The notes under the pieces: model-generated | Told to the model about the DNA's origin: nothing | Databases searched by the model: none | Seen by the model: the letters and a program-made list of their open reading frames with translations, nothing else | Shown: one piece after another, positions 54,305-64,000 of the stretch | Layout of the letters: each line of letters begins with the position of its first letter | Numbering within the stretch: the first letter of the stretch is position 1 | Translations under genes and position numbers: made by a program | NCBI GenBank assembly: GCA_047495785.1 | Contig: JBLDXI010000015.1 | Location: 2,294,001-2,358,000, forward strand | Reading direction: 5' to 3' | From: Lepidodermella squamata | Taxonomy: Eukaryota; Animalia; Gastrotricha | DNA: 64,000 bases

Positions 54305-54371
54305 AGGTTCCGGCGGGGTTCGAACCCGCGACCGTGTGAAGGAGACGTGATAACCAATACACTACGGAACC
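54305..54371 (-). pseudogene. tRNA-Val (CAC) pseudogene
   Basis: 6-nt deletion across the 3' anticodon stem/variable loop, plus a D-loop substitution, relative to the 48162 copy. Confidence 0.85.
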
Positions 54372-54446
54372 TGGATGAATGCTAGGATACCCAATAAGGT
54401 CATTAAATGCGTTAATCTTTACTCGAATGACGTGGAAGTAAAATTG

Positions 54447-54518
54447 TTCCCTGACCGGGAATCGAACCCGGGCCGCCGCGGTGAGAACGCGGAATCCTAA
54501 CCACTAGACCATCAGGGA
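54447..54518 (-). tRNA. tRNA-Glu (CTC)
   Basis: Same body as the 48304 copy but with loop TTCTCAC. Confidence 0.93.
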
Positions 54519-54589
54519 CGGTGTCGATTGGGGCTTGATGAGATTAGATCTGTGCTATGGATGCTATTCAGGCGTCAAAAAGTTGAAGC

Positions 54590-54621
54590 TGCCAAGGAGG
54601 CAACAACTGAGCCAAGGAGGC
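54590..54621 (-). pseudogene. tRNA-Met remnant
   Basis: Both Met flanks are retained (AAAAGTTGAAGCTGCC ... CAACTGAGCCAAGGAGGCGCTTG) with the interior deleted. Confidence 0.8.
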
Positions 54622-55364
54622 GCTTGTTTTAGTCCGTATGGCAGAATATGTTTCAATGAAAGAAGATAACGAACAGCTCCTGCACTTCCGCATTACGATA
54701 GGCGAACAAGCCTTGTCGAAATGATAATCCAGTTTCTGGCTCACCAGGTCGCCTCAAAAGAAGTAGAGAGTTCTGTCAACAGATTTAGGGTACGCTAAAT
54801 ATCATACTAGAGCCAATGGTTTGAATAAGATCGGTGAACTGCGCCATCCAAGCAGAGCCTCGTTACGACCGAGTGCGGATTTTCGCTAAAGATTTGACGA
54901 TTAGGATGTTGAAATCTTTCACAGGATATACCTACAATAGGAGCGCTCAGAAAGACCGGAAAGTATTCAAACCAATAATAGCTTGCACCACCTATTTAGC
55001 ACTAATTGTCAGTATCCTTAAATATAAAGGGTGTTAGTCACTCACAAGACGGAAAGAGTTCGTGGACACAGAACTTTCCGGTCTCATGCGTCATTTCCTT
55101 CGATTCTTTTGTTAGCTTAAACTCTCCTGCAACAATTACTCATAGGCTTTACCACGCTGTTTAACCATAATTGTTCTTATACGTGACGTATCTGAAATGG
55201 AACTGCAATATTCTAAGGTGGTAGTAAAGGCAAAAAATCTAACAACTTTAATTTGATTAGTACAGAGTCATGCGCTTTGTTATAGAACTTGGCAACTAAA
55301 CTTCATCCTCTGGCTTTAGAAAAGGATTTCAATTGCTTAGTGATAATATTTCATTCATAGAAAA

Positions 55365-58347
55365 ATGAATTTAATTTCCGCAATTTTGACTATCTGCTCA
55401 GTCGTTTCGAGCGGAGTGTCAGCTGATGACGGGTTTCTCGTAGGAATGGTGTACGTTTGGTCTCCGAGACCTCTCCCAATGCCAAGACCACCGCAACAAC
55501 CGTCAGCTCCAGCCCCGAGAAGCAAGGCAGTCCCTCTTACTTCCATTTCGGTTAAAGCAACCGTTCGAGCGTGGGCATACGACGTCACAGCCGAGTTGAA
55601 CTACTTCAATAACATAAACCAAACCATCGAGTGTCAATTCGTTTTCCCAATGCCGGACGGTGCTGCTGTTTACAAACTGGAGGCAAACATCGGTGGTAGA
55701 AGACTGCTGGCTGAAGTCAGAAATCGAACTGAAGCGGAAACTGTCTACAGGTAATTTAGCAAGAAGAGCAATGTCGCAAAGTTGTTTTTTACTTCCGGTT
55801 CAAGGACTTACGTTGACTCCGGATTACAAGCTGCTTTACTTCAGAGTCAGAGTGGATCTCCGGATATTTACCGGATAAAGTTAGGAAATCTCAGGCCGAA
55901 TGAACCAGCCGTGATTAAAATCAGCTACGCTATGCCGATCGAACGCGATGTCGAAACTGGGACGCTTATCGTCAACTTACCAGTCGTTCTCAACCCTCGT
56001 TACATTCCTAACAATAACGATGCCACCTACGATGCTTTAAGGGACAACTATCAAGCATCAACGCCTTACGTCGCCGTATCGGCAGTCCGGTACAAAATGA
56101 CTTTCACCGCTTCAATCGACTTGGGCACAAGTGGGGGATGGATAACTGGAATTCAATCGGGAGTTTCGTCTGATGTTATTTTAGCTGATATAGCGGAAGG
56201 AAACAGAACAGCGGAAGTCTCATTAATGAGCGATTTCAACCAGGATCACGATTTCCGCTTATTCATTAATACAACAAAAGCAATACAGCCGAAAGTAATT
56301 GTCGAGGCCGGCATTCCGCCATCTGATGAAGCTGGAACGTCTAGCTGGTTGAATTATGACGTTGCAGCAGCTTGGTTTGAGCCTATTGGCAACCAGCGTA
56401 CATCAGGATCGAGCATCGACGAGTATTGGATTATCGTCGATCGATCAGGATCAATGCAGGAGAATGGCAAAATCATGCAGGCACGATCGGCTCTTAGCCT
56501 TCTTGTCAAAAGCTTGCCTGTAGGCTGCAAGTTCAATATCATTGGATTCGGTACCGTTTTTTCGCCGTTGTTTAGCTCAGCGTACGTTTCATTTCCTTAA
56601 TACTCGCTAATGAATATTATCAGCTTGACACAGTGTCGATTACACGGACGAAAACGTGAAACGAGCAACAGATTACGCCAACTCCATGGAGGCTGATCTT
56701 GGTGGAACGGAAATACTGCAGCCGTTGAATTTTGTCTATTCAAAAGAGCCTCCCAAGATGCCAGGGTCGAGGCGCTTTATCATCGTTCTCACAGATGGCG
56801 AGGTGATTTTATCGATCTGATTTTAAGATGAATTTCATTCCTCTCCGCTTTAGGTAAGTAACACAAATGAAGTCATCGACGCAGCGAGGAACAATGCCGG
56901 CACTGCCCGAGTCTTCGCTATTGGAATCGGAGAAGGAGCCAGCACCGCCTTAGTCAATGGAATCGCTCGAGTAGCAAATGGCTTTTCGGAATTCGTTCGA
57001 AATGCTGGCGACAGGCTTCAGGCCAAAGTCATCTCTGTTCTGAAAGCAACCACTCAGGCCAATGCGGAGAACGTTAAAATGTCGTGGGCTGTATCTGGTG
57101 GTCAGTTGAAGGTCGCTGTACCAAACAACACTTCACCAGCAGCTTTCAAGGGAAAGGCTGTTATGCAGTATGCGGTTATCGACAGACGGGGATCGAACAA
57201 TGCCAGGGGATCGGCCAGTCTTAGCGCTGACCTCGGCGAATCGTCACTGAGGCTATCTATACCTTTCGCGATTACCAGCCAGTCAGGTGCTTGTTTTCTG
57301 TTAAATCGTCTATTTTCTATTAATGTTTTGTCAATTTACAGAGGTCGACGACCCATTACCACTGCATCGCTTAGCTGCAAAAGCCCGGTTGGTCGACTTA
57401 ACCGATGCTTATTATTCGAGCCGCAACGAAGACATTAAAAAAGAAGGTATATATCGGCGTGATTAAGAGTCTTCCTGTGATTTAAGATTATTCAGCAATT
57501 GCTGTTTCTATCGCAACTGGAGTGCTATGTGAGTTCACAGCTATCGTCGCTGTCGATAGTCAGACCAGACGTCCTGTTAATGAGTCAAATGGTTCCCCGA
57601 TCGTCGTGAATATTGAACGGCCGACGTCGTATAATTGGAATCAATACCCAGCTGTTGGAAACCCACCATGTAAGAGATATTTACCAGGCGAAACAAATGC
57701 TGGTTATTGTTGTATCTCTCATAGCATCTGGAAAAGTAGCTGTCGGAGGGGGATTCGGACAGCCAATATATTTCACCAGTCTACGAGGTGTGTTTCATAT
57801 TGAATCACTAATCAATATCATGATATATTAAATTTTAAACGCAGCTTTGCCCTCGACTACTAACGTAGCGCCACTGCTGCCATTAGAAACGGGCGCTCCA
57901 GGTTCGGAAAATTATTACACTGCTAGAACAAACTCGATGCCACCAAGGCGGGCGTTAACTACGCGCTACACTTCAACAAGCACTACAACAACGAAAGCAA
58001 ACACGCCTACGATCAACGCTTTGACAGATTTACAGTCTGTTTCTGGGGCTTGGCCGATGAGCGCCGCGTTCGTCGCAACAGTCGGGGCCGACGGAATTAC
58101 ATCGGTAGCTGATTTGAAGCGAGCAGCTAACGAGGCGCTTGCTACTGAAGCACCGAATGCCGATGACGCAACTGTCGCAACGCTTGTCGCCATTGCTGTG
58201 ATGCGCAGACGATATATGGCTACTCGAAACGAATGGGAGCTTATAGAAGATAAGGCACTGAATTACCTTCGCAATCCAGCTCGAAGATTAGGTGCTGTTG
58301 ACATAGATCTGCTGGTAGAAAATGTTACAGAGGCTCTTAAGTTGTAA
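55365..58347 (+). CDS. VWA5A-like (VIT + vWA) protein with signal peptide, copy 2; ~8 exons
   Basis: Colinear paralog of 50216-53235 with the same intron positions. Confidence 0.88.
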
Positions 58348-58739
58348 CTGGACACTATTGTTGTATCCACCGCAACTACGAAAATAAGCAACTACACAAC
58401 TAGAAATTATTCATCCTCGATACAACCATGTTTTCTTAGTTGGAAGTTTTTCATGTGTTCATGACAATGATTGACATTGACTGTGAACCTGCGATGTCAG
58501 AATGTAAACTAACGTTTATGCAGAGCTTCAGACCATTTTTCCAGTGAGTAATATGCACAACGGCTGATTTGGTTTGGCCACATTTTTGCTTTGATGGATT
58601 TTGAATCTAGCCCCGGAAATGTAAGCCATTAGCGACACGGCATAACGTTTCATTGGTCTGGGATTTTCAAACATTTTGTTAACTTTATTGAAACATTTGT
58701 TGGGGAGAGACGGAGCAAAACAACGATTCTTGATTCCCA

Positions 58740-61052
58740 TTAAGTTTTTACAATCCTCAAAAACCATTTTTGACCCCAAAACGGTACAAAAACAATAGCA
58801 AACGTGCTCGAAGAGAAAATAAGTTCACCAACCGCCAAAACAATCATTTGATCGCTCCAGTTACTTACTGAGATGAAGGTTAGACAGATACCACTGAAAA
58901 TTGTCATCCCATTGGCTAAAGCTATTTTGACAATAATGCTGTCCAACTTCATTGGGCGTGGTATGGCGAGGCCTCGAGTTGAAAGCAATCTTAAGCAACC
59001 AACGGCTAGCAGAAAAAAATGTAACCCATAAAAGCCTCCAATCCACGCTGCAAAATACTTGCTTCGGCAGAATGTGTATGTCGTGACGAAGTAGAAGTCA
59101 TTAAACGCATCAAATTTAACAGCGCTTTTGTAATCGTCGAGAATCAGTGGATCCAAGAATGCCAACCACACGATCAGTACAATAACGCTCAGTACTGAGG
59201 CTGAAACAACACCTCCAAGCGCGTAAAATGGCAAGGTTTTCGCTTGAGCCCATATTTGTGTTAACCTACGCTGCTTGATTTGCCTCTTCAGCTTTGTTAT
59301 ACTCAAAGGGAAGCTCGAAAAGCTTGACATACCCAGTTGGGCTCTTAATTTGACAAGTGTTACCCCTCTAAGACTTAAGGCACCATTCACGATTGCGAAA
59401 CCAATCACTGGCAGAATAACCATCCATACGCATCCTATTGAATTGAACATCTGTGGTACGATAGAAATGTCCAGAATCAAACATCCGATTCCTACAACAA
59501 TGGAACTCGAGAAATCTATGAATGTTGATTTTTTCGTCTTACTAAACCAGCATTTCGTCGAATATGCCATTAGGGTTAATTTCAGCGCAATAAAAACGGC
59601 GCTGATCCCAACAAAAGCAAGTTTGACCTTGAAATTTATGTCAGCTGGGAAAATTCGAATTTCAGATAAATCTTTTGGCGGTCCTCCTGAGGCAGTGTGC
59701 CACAGGGGCAGTTTTGGAGGTTGGTGATAGGGAATGATTCCAAAAGAAGACAAATCCATAGTTGGATGCTCTGCATCGCGAACGTAAACGTTGTAGGTAT
59801 GCCGGAAATCTCCGTTTATAATTTGAGATATCGATTGGTTTTCGTTGTCAACTTCAAAACGGGGTGAGAACAAAATTCTAGCAGCGCGGACCGTCGCAAT
59901 ATCCAACGCAGCAGCTGATTCGTTCATTACTTTCGAAACTATGTCAGGACGTGATATAAAGTCAGATAGTGTCATATTGAATCGATCTCTGAGTAGGCGG
60001 TCCGTTTTGTTGAGAGTAATAATGGCTGCTGTCACGATATCCTGACAAAAATGGCGCGCCCCATAATCGGTTACTTGTTGCGCTGGTCTCCCGACAACAT
60101 TACTGAGTCGCCGTTCAAATTCGGCCAAGTTATAGCCCAAACTGCTGTTGCCATCATTTTGTTCACCTTGAATTTTGGTGATACCTACCCAAAACACGAT
60201 TTTCAGTTGCTCGAAGATTACGTCTCGAGAAGAACAAGCGCTCATTAGAGGAAATGTATCGGAGTATACGCAACTAAAAGGCGCGATGAAAAGGTATTGC
60301 GGCGCCCCAATGCCAACTTTGTATGTATGGCACAAGATTCTCATGCAATACAAAACCTGCAATGAGGCAATAAAATAAATCCTTCCATCACCTAACTTCA
60401 TTTCATCCGTAAAATCCCCCGAGGCGAAGTCGATTGACGTGATTATGTTCGTGACTTTGACACCATTTTCTCCGGCAGTTTGGGCGAACCGGCGTGCAAG
60501 GCTGTAATCTTCCAAACGAGTTGAAGTCAGCACACCAACCTGCCACCATTTTCCTATGGTAGTGATGAACTTCATGGCTCCTAATGCCAGATTTTCGAGA
60601 GGCATTTGAGGGCGGTAAAGAGCTAGATGACGATTTCGGGGCATCAATAAGTTAATCGCTCCACAGCCTTGCGAAAATTGGATAGCATTATAGAATCTAA
60701 CAATAGGGGCTGAAAATTGACAATTGTTCTGCTGGCCAATGAAAACCGGTGCCAGAGGTTTTTCAAAATCAGGCGATAATCTTTCTTTTTCCATTATTTT
60801 AACGATGCCAGGGATCACGCCGATGCCACTTATTGATTCATCTTCGACCTGCAGTTCGATCCGATAGTTTGGCAAGATATCGCTTCGATCGTTTGCTGCG
60901 TCAATGGCAACTTGGTACGAAGCTAGACAGATTGTTCCATTGAGTCCTGGTATGCTGCTAGTCTTAGTAATAAAACTTGGCAGCCGAATGACTCCTGTTT
61001 TATTCGCATCGATCGATTGCAGGGTGAAAAGAAACAGTACAAACGCGATCAT
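58740..61052 (-). CDS. Class C GPCR, GABA-B-receptor-like, intact and intronless
   Basis: 770-aa ORF sharing family motifs (ANDRSDILPNYRIE, APVFIGQQ.NCQFS, FCQD, PPKDLS) plus a 7TM region. Confidence 0.88.
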   Translation of the reverse strand: MIAFVLFLFTLQSIDANKTGVIRLPSFITKTSSIPGLNGTICLASYQVAIDAANDRSDILPNYRIELQVEDESISGIGVIPGIVKIMEKERLSPDFEKPLAPVFIGQQNNCQFSAPIVRFYNAIQFSQGCGAINLLMPRNRHLALYRPQMPLENLALGAMKFITTIGKWWQVGVLTSTRLEDYSLARRFAQTAGENGVKVTNIITSIDFASGDFTDEMKLGDGRIYFIASLQVLYCMRILCHTYKVGIGAPQYLFIAPFSCVYSDTFPLMSACSSRDVIFEQLKIVFWVGITKIQGEQNDGNSSLGYNLAEFERRLSNVVGRPAQQVTDYGARHFCQDIVTAAIITLNKTDRLLRDRFNMTLSDFISRPDIVSKVMNESAAALDIATVRAARILFSPRFEVDNENQSISQIINGDFRHTYNVYVRDAEHPTMDLSSFGIIPYHQPPKLPLWHTASGGPPKDLSEIRIFPADINFKVKLAFVGISAVFIALKLTLMAYSTKCWFSKTKKSTFIDFSSSIVVGIGCLILDISIVPQMFNSIGCVWMVILPVIGFAIVNGALSLRGVTLVKLRAQLGMSSFSSFPLSITKLKRQIKQRRLTQIWAQAKTLPFYALGGVVSASVLSVIVLIVWLAFLDPLILDDYKSAVKFDAFNDFYFVTTYTFCRSKYFAAWIGGFYGLHFFLLAVGCLRLLSTRGLAIPRPMKLDSIIVKIALANGMTIFSGICLTFISVSNWSDQMIVLAVGELIFSSSTFAIVFVPFWGQKWFLRIVKT

Positions 61053-61457
61053 TATCGATACTTCAAGTGAATTTGTTACCTCCGCATTGAAAACCTTCGC
61101 GAACGAGCTGATGACGTTATTGGTATAATTGCTAATTATTGGACATTTTATTAAAGTTGGCGAAAAATTCTAGTGACATGGCGGAGAAATTGTACCGCAT
61201 TCTGTAACCTGACACTTTTTTAAAAAATCTGTACCTCACAACTGGCATGAGCACAACTTCTAATGAACCTAGTAGGCGTTCGCATGCTGATCAAATTTGA
61301 TAATTGATAAGATGTAGATGTATCATCTTTCTGGCTAAATTTAACTCGAGGGATGTTTTCTCCTCTTTAATTCAGAAAGTGCAAACATTTTTCCGAACGG
61401 ATGATAGCATCACAATATCCGGAATAAGGTGAAAAACATTGTCTTAGATTGCAAAAT

Positions 61458-62069
61458 TCAGAGCTCGTATTTTATTGACCTGATAAGGTCCAGTATTTGA
61501 TTAGAAAGTCTCATTAAACCGTTCAGTACTGCGCCGAGGCGCTTTTCATCAATCGGCAGGCTAGCAATCGTTTCATCCAACATCGCCGCAAGCCTTTTAT
61601 CGACTTTCGCAACAGCTGCTCGAAAGGCTTTGATTCTCCTCTCCATTTCGGCCGGGATGAAGTCAACCTCGGAATCCTTCAGCTTCAGCAGATAATCGCT
61701 AAACTCTTGAAATGTTGCCCAATTTTCAACAGTCGCTTTGGTCTATTAATCATTCACTCTGAGTAATTCTTTATTGGAGCAGAGACCTACCGCTTTTTCA
61801 AATTCCCATGAGCCATATTTCAGCTCGTCGATTGGGGCGAATCCAGGCGGGATTATTCCAAGTATATCATTGAAGCGTTTCAGACCATCTGCAAACCCTT
61901 TATTAGAACATCATCGATCAACAATTACTAGCAGAGAGTTGTTACCTTTTATAGAATCAAAAAGGGTGCCATAGGCCTTCTGATCCCCATGGTCGACATT
62001 GCAGGCAATGAAAACGAATGAGAGATTCAGAATAACTAAAGAAATCTTAAATTTTCGGACAGTAGCCAT
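61458..62069 (-). CDS. Small secreted helical protein of unknown function; exons 62069-61946, 61888-61790, 61742-61458
   Basis: Signal-peptide-like MATVRKFKISLVILNLSFVFIAC; two phase-compatible GT-AG introns join it to ORF 61458-61646. Confidence 0.6.
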
Positions 62070-62318
62070 TTTATGGATGAAAAAAGGAGCGTAAATTACA
62101 TTAGCTATTTTATTCTAATAAAAAATGTGTTTACATGAAGCTACTCCACGCGCTCGCAATATGGCACACAAATAAAATAAATACACGAGGCTTCAGCAAA
62201 ACTTCAAACAAACAAAAAACTGAAAATTGGGAGAAAATATGCTGTTTACGAGTAGGGTCTTTGACTGCCACAATTTACTACTGCCACCTTCCGATATTAC
62301 CATTCACTCAATGCAAAC

Positions 62319-64000
62319 TTACAAGGCACTTGAGTTTCTTGGGGTGTTACCAGCACCTGAAGGAACGTTCGCACCTGTCAACGTGGACTGTCTGCCGGCT
62401 CTCAATCCTCGTTTTTCCATAACTGAAGCCAGAGCAATAAAAGCGTAGATCAAACCCGTTGTTGTGGCTACTATCATCACGTATTGTGAGTTCTTCGCCC
62501 GCGGTAGAGAAATCAGAACACCAGCTACGATAATCGCAGCCTCAGCAATCAGACAGGCCCTGGCCTTATTGAATCGCCAACGTGTACGAGATCCATGACT
62601 CAGCAGTTTTGCGACTGTGCCAATCGAATGAGTTCGGAAAATCGCATAGATAAAGAAAAGTGTTTGAACCACTGCCAACACCGCCAAAATCGTAATGCCA
62701 GCGTAGTTGTGCCGATCAGCAGCAAAGAACGTGCACTGATAGGAGAAAACTTCGAAAAGAACACTCGGATCGATTTTAGATGCCTCGGAATACAGAAAGA
62801 CACGCTCAACGAAAAATGGCTGAACAGCTAGAAAGCTGATAACGAGGGAGCACGTGCCAATGACCCATGCAAGCGCTGCATTCTTGAGAGCGTCTGCTGA
62901 CATCGAAAAACTATCGTCGTTGATCATAGCTGCGGAGCTTAAGCTTTGCGAGGAGGATCCTGCACTCCGCTTGATCGCTTTCGCAGCCTTCGCCAACACA
63001 GCAGATGCATAAGCTTCGCTGAGCTTCAAACCGAGTGTTTCAACCTTCGCATATAGACCGAAGATTGAGATGAAAAATCCCGCTGATAGAAGGAACGAAT
63101 AAGAGTAACAATTCGCTAATATTTTGTTTCCGTTGTTAAATGGTAGTGACAGGGTATGACTAAGCATCAATAAGAGCCCTGAAACTATCGCGATATCGTG
63201 TATTCTCAATCTTCTCCACCTTCTCTTTTGCTGAACGTGAATCCAATACAAAATCATGATTAATCCAAGAGCCCCAAAGGCCACCAGAGTACAAAATGTT
63301 TCCAAAGTTAGGATATTTTGCTCGACAGACACTTTCAAAACTGAATCTCTGGGTGGGAGCCCGTCGATTGTCAACCACAAGCTGTTGATATCAAGCAACT
63401 CAACTCTGTCTGCTTTGTTTATCGAGTAGAGCGCGAACATCTTGATCTCCACGCTTCTAGCATGCGAAAATGTTATTGGCGTGTAGCCTAGGGAATTCGA
63501 TTGCGTCCTCTCATCGAATTGATACTCGCTTTTAAGGCCTCTCACTTTCGCCATGGAGTAAACAGCTTTACGTGTGATAGCCGCCATAATCGTCGGAATT
63601 TCTATGAAATTTCTTGAATCAGTCGTCCAGTCAAGCAAAGTTTCGTTCCTTTCATTTTTGAGAATCTCCTGGACCCTTTTCACCAGATGGCCGATGAAAA
63701 TCGTTTTGTCGTAGTAATGTACATGCCAAAATTCGAAATCGGTATTTAGGGTGGCATCTGGTAGTCGAGAGTTGAGCTCTTTTCTATAGTTCGTATAGGA
63801 CATGCCAGTCGAATCAGTCCAGTTCCAGCCGAAAACAGCGTATAGTTTCGAGTCCCCAGCAAATATGAAACTCGATGTCAACACTTTCTTCAAGTAGTCT
63901 CGGCTGCACCAATCAGCTACAAAATCCGGTACAGTGGCCGTGTCAGGATTAAATACACTCCAGTAGGTGTGGAACCAAACTCGATCTGGTCCGTAGAGTC
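62319..64000 (-). CDS. Divergent class C-like GPCR (different subfamily), 5'-truncated by window edge
   Basis: WLTIDGLPPRD linker (cf. W....G.PPKD in the other copies), seven hydrophobic segments, TM3 C...F...G.L..K and an ECL2 Cys. Confidence 0.75.
   Translation of the reverse strand, partial: LYGPDRVWFHTYWSVFNPDTATVPDFVADWCSRDYLKKVLTSSFIFAGDSKLYAVFGWNWTDSTGMSYTNYRKELNSRLPDATLNTDFEFWHVHYYDKTIFIGHLVKRVQEILKNERNETLLDWTTDSRNFIEIPTIMAAITRKAVYSMAKVRGLKSEYQFDERTQSNSLGYTPITFSHARSVEIKMFALYSINKADRVELLDINSLWLTIDGLPPRDSVLKVSVEQNILTLETFCTLVAFGALGLIMILYWIHVQQKRRWRRLRIHDIAIVSGLLLMLSHTLSLPFNNGNKILANCYSYSFLLSAGFFISIFGLYAKVETLGLKLSEAYASAVLAKAAKAIKRSAGSSSQSLSSAAMINDDSFSMSADALKNAALAWVIGTCSLVISFLAVQPFFVERVFLYSEASKIDPSVLFEVFSYQCTFFAADRHNYAGITILAVLAVVQTLFFIYAIFRTHSIGTVAKLLSHGSRTRWRFNKARACLIAEAAIIVAGVLISLPRAKNSQYVMIVATTTGLIYAFIALASVMEKRGLRAGRQSTLTGANVPSGAGNTPRNSSAL

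Overview
Gene-dense eukaryotic (invertebrate metazoan) genomic DNA with short (mostly ~50-300 nt) GT-AG introns and many intronless genes; the taxon cannot be fixed from sequence alone. Protein-coding content: a secreted 5x Sushi/CCP mucin-like protein; a local expansion of intronless GABA-B-like class C GPCRs (2 intact, 1 partial at the window end, 2 disrupted, 1 fragment); two tandem-duplicated secreted PLA2s; a trypsin; a TRPM channel; an unusually short collagen IV; two head-to-head Ly6/three-finger-like secreted genes separated by an intact LINE with a 10-bp TSD; two GT-A glycosyltransferase-like paralogs; a bacterial-looking PQQ-type beta-propeller; a minimal Cys-loop channel; a divergent Bcl-2-like protein; and two signal-peptide-bearing VWA5A-like genes. 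There are about 20 tRNA genes/pseudogenes, mostly in two clusters that are circular permutations of one 7-tRNA unit (Arg-Ser-Ala-Val-Glu-Met-Thr), each followed by a VWA5A-like gene. Also present: several MITE-like elements, two of which interrupt a GPCR ORF with clean target-site duplications, and a candidate promoter-driven, ATG-poor, structured ncRNA at ~36.29-36.56 kb. All calls come from manual motif reading; no database searches or folding programs were run.
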